NCBI GenBank assembly: GCA_964608515.1
Contig: CAZSNS010000001.1
Location: 15,210-79,209, forward strand
Source of the DNA: Candidatus Hadarchaeota archaeon
GTDB lineage: Archaea > Hadarchaeota > Hadarchaeia > Hadarchaeales > JAGGTB01
DNA: 64,000 bases
Reading direction: 5' to 3'
Shown here: piece by piece, positions 57,144-64,000 of the stretch
Numbering within the stretch: position 1 is the stretch's first letter
Layout: each line of letters starts with the position of its first letter
Translations under genes and position numbers: made by a program
The notes under the pieces: model-generated
The model's input: the letters and a program-made list of their open reading frames with translations, nothing else
Told to the model about the DNA's origin: nothing
Database searches by the model: none

Positions 57144-58268
57144 ATGCAGGAAAAGAATAACTTAAGTTCGGCAAGACCTACGATTTTGGTCGTAGATGAT
57201 GATCAATCAATAATAGATGCCGTAAAAACTACCCTTGAGTCAAGAGATTATAAGGTTATATCGGCTTCTTCAGGGGAGGAAGCATTAGAAGAATTTGAAG
57301 ATGACCAGATAGACATAGCCTTTTGTGATATTAAAATGCCTGGAATGGATGGAATAGAGCTTTTGAAAAGGATTCAGGAAATTAGCCCAGAAACGCAATG
57401 TATCATGATGACTGCATATGCGTCGGTGGATAGTGCTGTGGAAGCTATGAGGGAGGGCGCAGAAGACTACTTGCGTAAGCCGTTTGAGGTTGAGGATATA
57501 AAATCTACCGTTCTTGGAGCCTTGGAGGATTTAGAGTTTGAGGAAAAACAGAAGGATTTGGTATCTCCGCCTGAGTTAGAATGGGAATCTCCAGTTGAGG
57601 CTTTTGAAAGCTGGGTGGAAAGAGATAGGAAGGGTTTAGTCGTTTCTTCTCAAGAATCCATAGATATCGAGAGTAATAATGTTAAGAATATCGTTCTTTC
57701 GGATGAAGAAGGGGAAAATAGGATAAATCCTGGAAAACTTGAAGAATTACAAGATTTTGTAAAAAATTTTGCTGCTGAAGAGAATGATTCTGTTATTTTG
57801 ATTGAGGATCTGGATTATTTGCTAAGTGAGAACTCTCTTTCTTCTCTGAAGAAATTTATAGGGGAGTTGGAAGATGAATTATCGTCTTATAATGCAATAC
57901 TCATTTTTTCAGGTCATCCTGAAGAGATGGAAGATGGGGAAATCGCTGAGTTAGAATATTTAATATCCGATATGCCGGCCAGTACAATTTCTAATTCGCT
58001 TTCTAATCAGTTAAGAAGAAGGATAATATCACAATTGGAGCAGGAAGATGGTATTAGCTTTACGACATTAGCTAGAAGAACAGGTATTAATGATTCTCCG
58101 AAAATGAGTTTTCACTTGAGAAAACTGGAATCTTGGGGAGTAATAGAGAAGGATGATGAGAAAAAATATTATCTAACCGAAATGGGAAAAAACGCTGCTG
58201 AAATTCTAGAAGAAATAAAAAATCGACAAACCGGAGAGCCTGGTGGAGCTTTATGGATGCCTGAGTGA
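57144..58268 (+). CDS. Response regulator: receiver + DUF835-like + C-terminal winged HTH
   Basis: 'ILVVDDDQS...DIAFCDIKMPGMDG...KPF'. The middle reads 'VILIEDLDYLLSENSLSSLKKFIGEL..AILIFSGHPEEM'. The C-terminus reads 'ISFTTLARRTGINDSPKMSFHLRKLESWGVIE'. Confidence 0.8.
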   Translation: MQEKNNLSSARPTILVVDDDQSIIDAVKTTLESRDYKVISASSGEEALEEFEDDQIDIAFCDIKMPGMDGIELLKRIQEISPETQCIMMTAYASVDSAVEAMREGAEDYLRKPFEVEDIKSTVLGALEDLEFEEKQKDLVSPPELEWESPVEAFESWVERDRKGLVVSSQESIDIESNNVKNIVLSDEEGENRINPGKLEELQDFVKNFAAEENDSVILIEDLDYLLSENSLSSLKKFIGELEDELSSYNAILIFSGHPEEMEDGEIAELEYLISDMPASTISNSLSNQLRRRIISQLEQEDGISFTTLARRTGINDSPKMSFHLRKLESWGVIEKDDEKKYYLTEMGKNAAEILEEIKNRQTGEPGGALWMPE

Positions 58269-58390
58269 ATTTCTACCTGGCTTATCATATTTCTTATTAA
58301 AAACTATGTGAAAGTAATTCCTTCCAATATAAGATTTGATGATTGGAAGGATGTATTCTATATATGAGGGGATAAATTAGTCGGAGTTTC

Positions 58391-59143
58391 TCAAATTCCT
58401 TTCAAAAATTCAGCATGTTGCGCTGATGCTCTTCTTGTAGTTCCTGTTTCGTCATATAGTAGGATAAAACCGAGTATATTTGCTTTTCTCACTAATGTAC
58501 CGTCGAAATTATCGGATTCACTAAATACGCCCACGGCTTCTTTGCCTGCAGATACTGGATATGTGTTTCTGTTTTTCCAATCGTGATAAATTCCGGTGAA
58601 AGCCTCTTTCGCTTTTCCTATAGTTGAGAATTTTAGGATGGAGAAAACTACCTTGGCCTCTCCTTTTGCGAATATTCTAGCAAAAGCTTCTTCAAACCCC
58701 CATTCTTTCGGTCTTTCTTTCACTGCTCTGTTCCAAGCTACTATTTCGGGGGGGAGTTCATCTTCTTCGGATATTTTCCAATTTTCTGGAAGGTCTTCAA
58801 CTCTAGGTATAAGCTCGGAGGGATGTTTTGATATGACTTCTTGACTTCCTCCTTTGATTATTGATGGTCCTGCTTTGAACATATCTATTATTGTGAAGAC
58901 AAGGATAGTGTTGGCGGCTCCTAGTATTATTATGAAGTATTCTGGAGGTAGTGGTGTTTGGAAGTCTGTTAAGATCACGATTAGTGACAATGCGACTATG
59001 AGTGCCATTGATGATAGTAATAGGATGGGGAAAAGTAAGTCTGAAATTGTTTTAAAATTTAAGGTAGTTTTTTGAGATTCTGAGTTTGCTTCCTGTTTGA
59101 TAGAATTTTCAGGATTTTGTTTTTGAATGTTTTTGTTCATCAT
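58391..59143 (-). CDS. Hypothetical membrane protein (2 TM plus soluble C-terminal domain)
   Basis: 250 aa. Two hydrophobic helices after a polar N-terminus. No recognisable motif. Confidence 0.5.
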   Translation of the reverse strand: MMNKNIQKQNPENSIKQEANSESQKTTLNFKTISDLLFPILLLSSMALIVALSLIVILTDFQTPLPPEYFIIILGAANTILVFTIIDMFKAGPSIIKGGSQEVISKHPSELIPRVEDLPENWKISEEDELPPEIVAWNRAVKERPKEWGFEEAFARIFAKGEAKVVFSILKFSTIGKAKEAFTGIYHDWKNRNTYPVSAGKEAVGVFSESDNFDGTLVRKANILGFILLYDETGTTRRASAQHAEFLKGI

Positions 59144-59413
59144 TTCTATTGGATGGTTTGTTTATTACTGTTATTTTACTTTCAAGGAGAAATTATCGAT
59201 TTTAATAATCATCTAATATTTAATATGAGCATTTTTATAACCCTATTTTGATAATGAGGGGTTTTAAACCGTTTTTTTGGAAATAAGAGGATGGTATCAA
59301 CTTTGATAATAGGGACAGAATCCTTTTTATCCTTACTAAGGATAGAAAAGCCTAACCATAGGAATTACTATGAAAAGATTTTTGGAAAACACGTCCATGG
59401 GGGTGAAAACGAT

Positions 59414-60073
59414 ATGAGAGCAAATTTCCAATCGAACAGTCTTTCTGACGATGAGCGTGGTCTTGTCGGTATCGGTACGTTGATTATCTTCATAGCCCTA
59501 ATTCTGGTAGCCTCCGTAGCGGCTGGAGTAATCATACGAACCAGCGGAGCTTTACGAGAACAAGCACGAAAAACAGGAGAAGAAGCCATCAGAGAAGTAT
59601 CAAACGGACTAAAAGTCATAGACACGAAAGGTTACATAAAAAACGAAAACGAAATCGATAACGTACAAATCGTAGTCTCGCTAAGAGCAGGAAGCTCAGG
59701 AATTAACTTCAAAGACGTTGCAATACAATACATGTCCGAGAGTTCTGGAGTCACACGAATACTACAGCTCAAAAATCATTATTTTGCGAACAGTGGCATT
59801 GCTCCTGAAAACCACGGGAATGCGAACCGATTACAAGACAACGAGTATAACGTGGTTAAAATCAATCAAGACGGAGACACTTACATGCTAGGAAAAACTG
59901 GATCCAAAGCATCAATATGGATCAACACAGACATTATCGAAAATGAAGGCCCCAGTAATTTAACAGCGGACGAGGAAGTCAAACTGACATTGATGCCTCA
60001 AGTAGGTATCGACACACAATTAACACTGCTAGTACCTCCGGCACTAGAAGACACAAAAGTGACAAAGCTTTAG
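59414..60073 (+). CDS. arlB: Archaellin (FlaB/ArlB) copy 2
   Basis: The ATG at 59414, after GGGGGTGA, gives 'MRANFQSNSLSDDERG|LVGIGTLIIFIALILVA'. The track's upstream 41 codons have no counterpart in archaellin copy 1. Core divergent from copy 1, ends near-identical. Confidence 0.9.
   Translation: MRANFQSNSLSDDERGLVGIGTLIIFIALILVASVAAGVIIRTSGALREQARKTGEEAIREVSNGLKVIDTKGYIKNENEIDNVQIVVSLRAGSSGINFKDVAIQYMSESSGVTRILQLKNHYFANSGIAPENHGNANRLQDNEYNVVKINQDGDTYMLGKTGSKASIWINTDIIENEGPSNLTADEEVKLTLMPQVGIDTQLTLLVPPALEDTKVTKL
59447..59701 (+). repeat. Inverted repeat arm B (archaellin 5' coding segment)
   Basis: Equals the reverse complement of 42710-42964 with one mismatch. Confidence 0.9.
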
Positions 60074-60175
60074 AACGGGAAGATAACGTATGCTCTCAGA
60101 ATGGGAGCTATTTAGGCTCCTTCGCCCTAGAGGAAAATGGGTTAGTTTAAAGATGAAAATAGTGGTGGATATCCA

Positions 60176-60583
60176 GTGAGTTTCGATAGGAGTTTTGATT
60201 GGGCAGAGATCATAGTGAGGATTTTGACGAGTGAAGAGACCAAGGTTAATCTTTCGTTGATGGAAAGTAAGAATGTGGTGAGTTTGGTAACGGAAGAAGA
60301 AAGAGTGAAGTTGTTACCTGATTCATCGGAGAACGTAGGGATAGTTGTTCAAGGGATTTATCAAACTGAAGTATCGAGGGAAAAGGTATTGAGTGAAATA
60401 ATCGATAGGATTGAGAAGAGAAATTTAATTGATTCGAAGGAGATGAAGGAAGTTTTGCAAGGAAAAGAAAATCTCTTTGGAGCTCTTGTCAAGCTCACCA
60501 CTGTTTTAAAGAAGAATTGTCGGGTTCAAACTGTAAAAAATCAAGAGCTTGGCGTTGGACATTTTAATGAAGGGATTCGGTGA
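60176..60583 (+). CDS. Hypothetical protein downstream of archaellin 2 (paralogue of 41567..42091)
   Basis: 135 aa. Same position relative to the archaellin gene as 41567..42091, with shared C-terminal motif 'E.L.GKENLF..LVKLTTVLKK'. Confidence 0.5.
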   Translation: MSFDRSFDWAEIIVRILTSEETKVNLSLMESKNVVSLVTEEERVKLLPDSSENVGIVVQGIYQTEVSREKVLSEIIDRIEKRNLIDSKEMKEVLQGKENLFGALVKLTTVLKKNCRVQTVKNQELGVGHFNEGIR

Positions 60584-60640
60584 TTTTTTTACTTTTTTAT
60601 TTTTAAAAGAAATTTCTTTCAAGTGTTCGGAGGTTAGTTC

Positions 60641-61018
60641 TTAGGGTCTTCCTATGATTCTTCTTACTCGTTTTATGAATTTATCTTTCGTGAACGGTCT
60701 TCTTTTTACAATATAGTCTATAACACCGGTGGATTCTAGATCGGGTTCGCTTTCAAGAGCTGATAAGAATACGACTTTTTGGTCTGGATCTTCTGCGTGT
60801 ATTCTTTCGTAAGTGTCCCATCCGTCCATCCCTGGCATCATCATGTCTAGGAGGATTAGGTCAGGGTTGACTTTTTCTAGTTTGTTTAGACATTTTTCTC
60901 CGCTTGTTGCTGTGACTACTTTGTATCCTTCCGAGTCTAGGAAGGTGGATGCGAGTTCGAGGAAGCTTTCGTCATCATCGACAATCATTACTGTCTTAGG
61001 CAAGTTATTTTCCCCCAA
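60641..61018 (-). CDS. Single-domain CheY-like response regulator
   Basis: 125 aa. 'VMIVDDDESF', 'DLILLDMMMPGMDG', 'VVFLSAL'. Confidence 0.85.
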   Translation of the reverse strand: MGENNLPKTVMIVDDDESFLELASTFLDSEGYKVVTATSGEKCLNKLEKVNPDLILLDMMMPGMDGWDTYERIHAEDPDQKVVFLSALESEPDLESTGVIDYIVKRRPFTKDKFIKRVRRIIGRP

Positions 61019-61171
61019 TTAGTTTTATTGGCATGCTTTTATATCTTCCATCTTCCTTTTGTTTTTTACCTTTAACAAATTTCTTTATTTTTCATATTTT
61101 GAGTTTTCTGATTTCTTTTAGGAAATTTAAACTTTGAAACTTATATTGTGAGTAAAAAGATAAGATAATGG

Positions 61172-61753
61172 GTGATATTGTTGTACGAGTTTTTAGAAAA
61201 AATTAACACATTAAAAAGAACTCCTCGGATGGGTTGGATAGAGAGCGGAGTAGATCCTTCTGATTCGGAAGATGTAGCGCAACATAGTTTTGAAACTGCA
61301 ACGATTACTCTGTTATTATCCTATTCGGTGGAAAAAGATATAGATAAAGAGAAAGCGATTCAAATGTCCGTGATACATGATTGGGCTGAATCGGTAACTG
61401 GTGACCTTTCTAAGGAACGTTCTGAAGCGATAGGGGATGAAGCCAAGATGAAAATGGAAGAGTCGGTTATGGAAGAATCTTTGATAGGTGATTTATCTTT
61501 TGGAGAGTCACTTCTTGACCTTTGGCGAGAGTATACAAAGGGTGAGACTTTAGAATCTAAACTTGTTTTTATAGCTGATCGTTTGTCTATTTTGATGGAG
61601 GCTAGTTATCTTTTCAGACAAGGGAAAAAGTCAGAAAAATTAAAAGAAATATGGAGTGAAGTGAGTTCGGAGTTAGATTCATATACCGAGGAATTTCCGG
61701 TTTTGGCTGATTTGTTAAAAAATCTAGAAGGGAATTACCCCTTCCATGAATAG
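61172..61753 (+). CDS. HD-domain phosphohydrolase (YfbR-like 5'-nucleotidase family)
   Basis: 'LKRTPRMGW...ESVAQHSFETA...VIHDWAESVTGD'. Confidence 0.75.
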   Translation: MILLYEFLEKINTLKRTPRMGWIESGVDPSDSEDVAQHSFETATITLLLSYSVEKDIDKEKAIQMSVIHDWAESVTGDLSKERSEAIGDEAKMKMEESVMEESLIGDLSFGESLLDLWREYTKGETLESKLVFIADRLSILMEASYLFRQGKKSEKLKEIWSEVSSELDSYTEEFPVLADLLKNLEGNYPFHE

Positions 61754-61754
61754 T

Positions 61755-63686
61755 TTAGAAATTAAATTTCTCTGGCCCTTGATAGTTTACTTTTTTTGCT
61801 AATTCTTTGAGGCATTCTGGATTACTTGCTGTTGTCATATCTCCGAGTTCTTCGTCTCTGGCTAGGCCTTTTAAGAATCTTCGGATAACTTTTCCGCTTT
61901 CTGTTTTTGGCACGTCAGAAACGAAGTAAATTTCTCCTGGGGTTGCTACTGGTCCTACTTTTTCTCGAACTTTTTGTTTGATTTTATTTTCTAGGTCTTC
62001 TTCTTGTTTTTCGGTTTCGGTGAGTTTTTTGGTTACTGCGAATACGGCTGGGACTTCTCCTTTCACATCGTGTGGTTCTCCTACTACTGCGACTTCGACG
62101 ATTTCGTCAAGTTCGCTTATTGCATCTTCTATTTCGGCGGTTCCAAGTCGGTGTCCGGAGACTTCTAGAAGGTCGTCTATTCTTCCTGTGACTTGAATTA
62201 GTGGTTTGTTTTCGATTGTTAATTCTGTTTTTCGTCCTCCGTCTCCTGAGAAGTAGATTTCGTCTCCGTATTCTGACCAGTATTCTTGTTTGTATTTTTC
62301 AGGTGCGTTGTATATTCCTCTTAGCATTCCTGGACCGAAAGGATGTTTTTGAACTATTTTTCCGCTTTCGTTTTGTTCTACTGGTTCTCCTGTAGCATCT
62401 AAGACATCGTATTGGATTCCGGGAAGCGCTGGGCCTGCTACTCCTGGTACGAATGGTCCTATTCCGGGTAGTGATGTGAGTAGTATTCCGCCTGTTTCTG
62501 TTTGCCAGTAGGTGTCGACGATTGGGCATCTTTTTCCTCCGACTTTTTCGAAGTACCAGTTCCATGTGTTTGGATCTATTGGTTCTCCTACTGAGCCTAG
62601 GATTCTTAGTGATTCTAGGTCGTGTTTTTCTATCCACTCGTTTCCTTGTTTTCTTAAGGCTCTGATTGCGGTGGGTGCTGTGTAGAAGATGTTGGCTCCG
62701 TATTTTTCGATGATTTTCCATAGTCTATCGGGTTCCGGGTGGTATGGGCTGCCTTCGTACCATAGGGTTGTTCCTCCGTTCAGTAGGGGGCCGTACATTG
62801 TGTAGCTGTGTCCTGTTATCCATCCGATGTCTGCGGTTGAGAAGAATACGTCTTGTTGGTGTAGGTCGAAGACCCATTTTGTGGTTATTGCTGCTTGTGC
62901 TGCGTAAGCTCCGCATGAGTGTTTTATTCCTTTTGGTTTTCCAGTAGTTCCGCTGGTGTAGAGTAAGAATCCTGTGTCTTCAGCTTCTATCGGTTCTGGG
63001 TCGCAGTGTGGGTTTTCATCTTCCACCAGATTTTCGTAAAAATAATCTCTCCCATCTTCCATAGGAGGGTTTGAATCAAGTCTATCGATTACAATGCAGT
63101 TTTCTGCGTTGGCGTCTTCTAAGGTTTGTCCGATATTTTCTTTTAGTTTCGTTTCTTCACCGTTTCTGTAGAATCCGTCTGCTGTGATGAGGGTTTTCGA
63201 TCCTGCGTCTTTCATCCTATCCTTGACTGCGTTAGGACTGAACGCGGTGTAGATGATTGAATGCCAAGCGCCTATTCTTTGACATGCCAGAGCGGCTATT
63301 GCGGTTTCGGGAATCATAGGCATCCAAAAAGTGACTGGATCGCCTTTTCCAATTCCCATATTTTTTAGAGCATTTGCGAACTTATTGACTTCCCGATATA
63401 AATCTTGATAAGTCAATATTCGATGTTCTTCTTCAATCGGTTCGGGTTCCCAAATTATAGCAGCTTTATGACGATTATCTTTCAAATGACGATCTATACA
63501 ATTGTATGAAAGATTTGTTTTACTTCCTAAGAACCAGTTGAAATAAGGAGGATTCCATTCTTCAATCTCCTCCCATTCCTCAAACCAAGTAAGAGCTTCC
63601 TTCGCTTTTTTAGCCCAGAATTTTTTCGGATTTTCTTGAGCCTCTTTATATACTTCAGAATCACTGATATGGGTTATTTCCTTCAT
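61755..63686 (-). CDS. acs: Acetyl-CoA synthetase (AMP-forming); N-terminus probably extends to an ATT at 63782
   Basis: 'YTSGTTGKPKG', 'WYFEKVGGKRCPIVDTYWQTETGG', 'GRIDDLLEVSGHRLGTAEIE', 'PKTESGKVIRR'. The upstream in-frame 'DNVYWPTED' resembles conserved ACS N-terminal sequence. Confidence 0.9.
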   Translation of the reverse strand: MKEITHISDSEVYKEAQENPKKFWAKKAKEALTWFEEWEEIEEWNPPYFNWFLGSKTNLSYNCIDRHLKDNRHKAAIIWEPEPIEEEHRILTYQDLYREVNKFANALKNMGIGKGDPVTFWMPMIPETAIAALACQRIGAWHSIIYTAFSPNAVKDRMKDAGSKTLITADGFYRNGEETKLKENIGQTLEDANAENCIVIDRLDSNPPMEDGRDYFYENLVEDENPHCDPEPIEAEDTGFLLYTSGTTGKPKGIKHSCGAYAAQAAITTKWVFDLHQQDVFFSTADIGWITGHSYTMYGPLLNGGTTLWYEGSPYHPEPDRLWKIIEKYGANIFYTAPTAIRALRKQGNEWIEKHDLESLRILGSVGEPIDPNTWNWYFEKVGGKRCPIVDTYWQTETGGILLTSLPGIGPFVPGVAGPALPGIQYDVLDATGEPVEQNESGKIVQKHPFGPGMLRGIYNAPEKYKQEYWSEYGDEIYFSGDGGRKTELTIENKPLIQVTGRIDDLLEVSGHRLGTAEIEDAISELDEIVEVAVVGEPHDVKGEVPAVFAVTKKLTETEKQEEDLENKIKQKVREKVGPVATPGEIYFVSDVPKTESGKVIRRFLKGLARDEELGDMTTASNPECLKELAKKVNYQGPEKFNF

Positions 63687-63786
63687 GTCTTCGGTAGGCC
63701 AGTAAACGTTGTCTTTTTCTGGATCTTCTTTTACCCATTGTTTTCCTGAGTTTTCTAAATGGTTAGTTATATTTTTGCTAATTTTT

Positions 63787-63969
63787 TCAACCTCCGTTTT
63801 TTCTTCCTTCTTTTTTTTCTTTATTCAGTTTCTTGAAGTTTTCCTTCTCTGATATATTTGTTTCTTTTTTATTTATTAGTGAGTCCAGTCCTCGGTCTTT
63901 TAGCATCGTTTTTATTTCGTCGTCTGTAACCGTGTCTTTTTGTGGAGGTTCTTTTGTTTTTTTATCCAA
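63787..63969 (-). CDS. Lys-rich small hypothetical ORF
   Basis: 60 aa and low complexity, with no motif. Could be non-coding leader sequence of acs. Confidence 0.25.
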   Translation of the reverse strand: MDKKTKEPPQKDTVTDDEIKTMLKDRGLDSLINKKETNISEKENFKKLNKEKKEGRKNGG

Positions 63970-64000
63970 AAATAAGGAAGACGTTCCTCCGACGCAAAGT

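Noticed and set aside
59328-59344. A perfect palindrome, TATCCTTA-C-TAAGGATA, about 70 nt upstream of archaellin 2.
   Set aside because: Eight-bp-arm palindromes are expected several times by chance in 64 kb of AT-rich DNA. It is not repeated upstream of archaellin 1.
60100-60125. A hairpin, GGAGC-TATTTAG-GCTCC, downstream of archaellin 2, considered as a terminator.
   Set aside because: The stem is short and there is no following oligo-T tract. Support is too weak to annotate.
62299-62916. Alternative-frame and antisense ORFs inside acs (62299..62721, 62725..62916, 62744..62947). The same class of short ORFs occurs inside almost every real gene, for example 99..347, 6299..6769, 13697..14281 and 53738..54227.
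   Set aside because: They lie entirely inside longer ORFs that have strong family motifs. Their composition is biased (R/S/L-rich), which is typical of off-frame translation.
1-64000. A search for mobile elements, prophage, defence systems, and rRNA or tRNA genes.
   Set aside because: No integrase, transposase, restriction-modification, Cas or toxin-antitoxin-like motifs were seen in any ORF. No GC-rich structured RNA-like intergenic segments were seen either.

Overview
AT-rich archaeal chromosome segment. Archaeal markers are an archaeal-type SAM synthetase, Tfx, an aIF-2B-family isomerase and a euryarchaeal-type archaellum operon. The proteins are strongly acidic, which suggests a salt-in halophile, and GGAGG-type Shine-Dalgarno motifs are common. 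All calls come from reading the ORF translations and DNA by eye; no database search was possible.

Layout:
- 1-10.7 kb: ordinary housekeeping, metal and redox genes (feoB 3' end, fdhD, mobA, C-N hydrolase, SAM synthetase, Lrp, R15P-isomerase-like, Tfx, FprA, DtxR-type repressor plus transporter).
- 10.7-60.6 kb: almost entirely two adjacent type-IV-filament systems.
- Right end: HD hydrolase and acetyl-CoA synthetase.
- No rRNA, tRNA, CRISPR array, transposase or integrase was seen.

System 1, pilus-like locus (10765-41392). It holds four paralogous DUF1628-type pilins, a FlaJ/TadC-like platform, a FlaI/PilB-like ATPase with a ~330-aa acidic N-terminal extension, a Sec11-type signal peptidase and a PKD-repeat membrane protein. 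These surround one uninterrupted 18,744-nt ORF (18922-37665, 6,247 aa). That ORF starts with a class-III (prepilin-like) signal and carries 13 LamG lectin domains, 2 GEVED domains, a PA14 domain, H-type-lectin-like repeats and several unnamed repeat families.

System 2, archaellum operon (arlC, arlD/E, F, G, H, I, J). It has a tandem arlI duplication, is flanked by two inverted archaellin modules, and has a two-component system embedded in it.

Main hypothesis: the giant protein is an extreme 'modular pilin'. Its N-terminal, middle and C-terminal pieces align in order with a 254-aa pilin-like protein encoded at 44151-44915. It therefore looks like that scaffold opened by ~5.5 kaa and ~0.46 kaa insertions of glycan-binding modules, and is probably displayed by the neighbouring pilus machinery.

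Secondary observations: recent perfect intragenic duplications, domain-in-domain LamG insertions, four genes whose conserved N-termini can only be reached from ATT/ATC starts placed 6-8 nt after an SD, and a cytoplasmic tail motif shared by the signal peptidase and the PKD protein.
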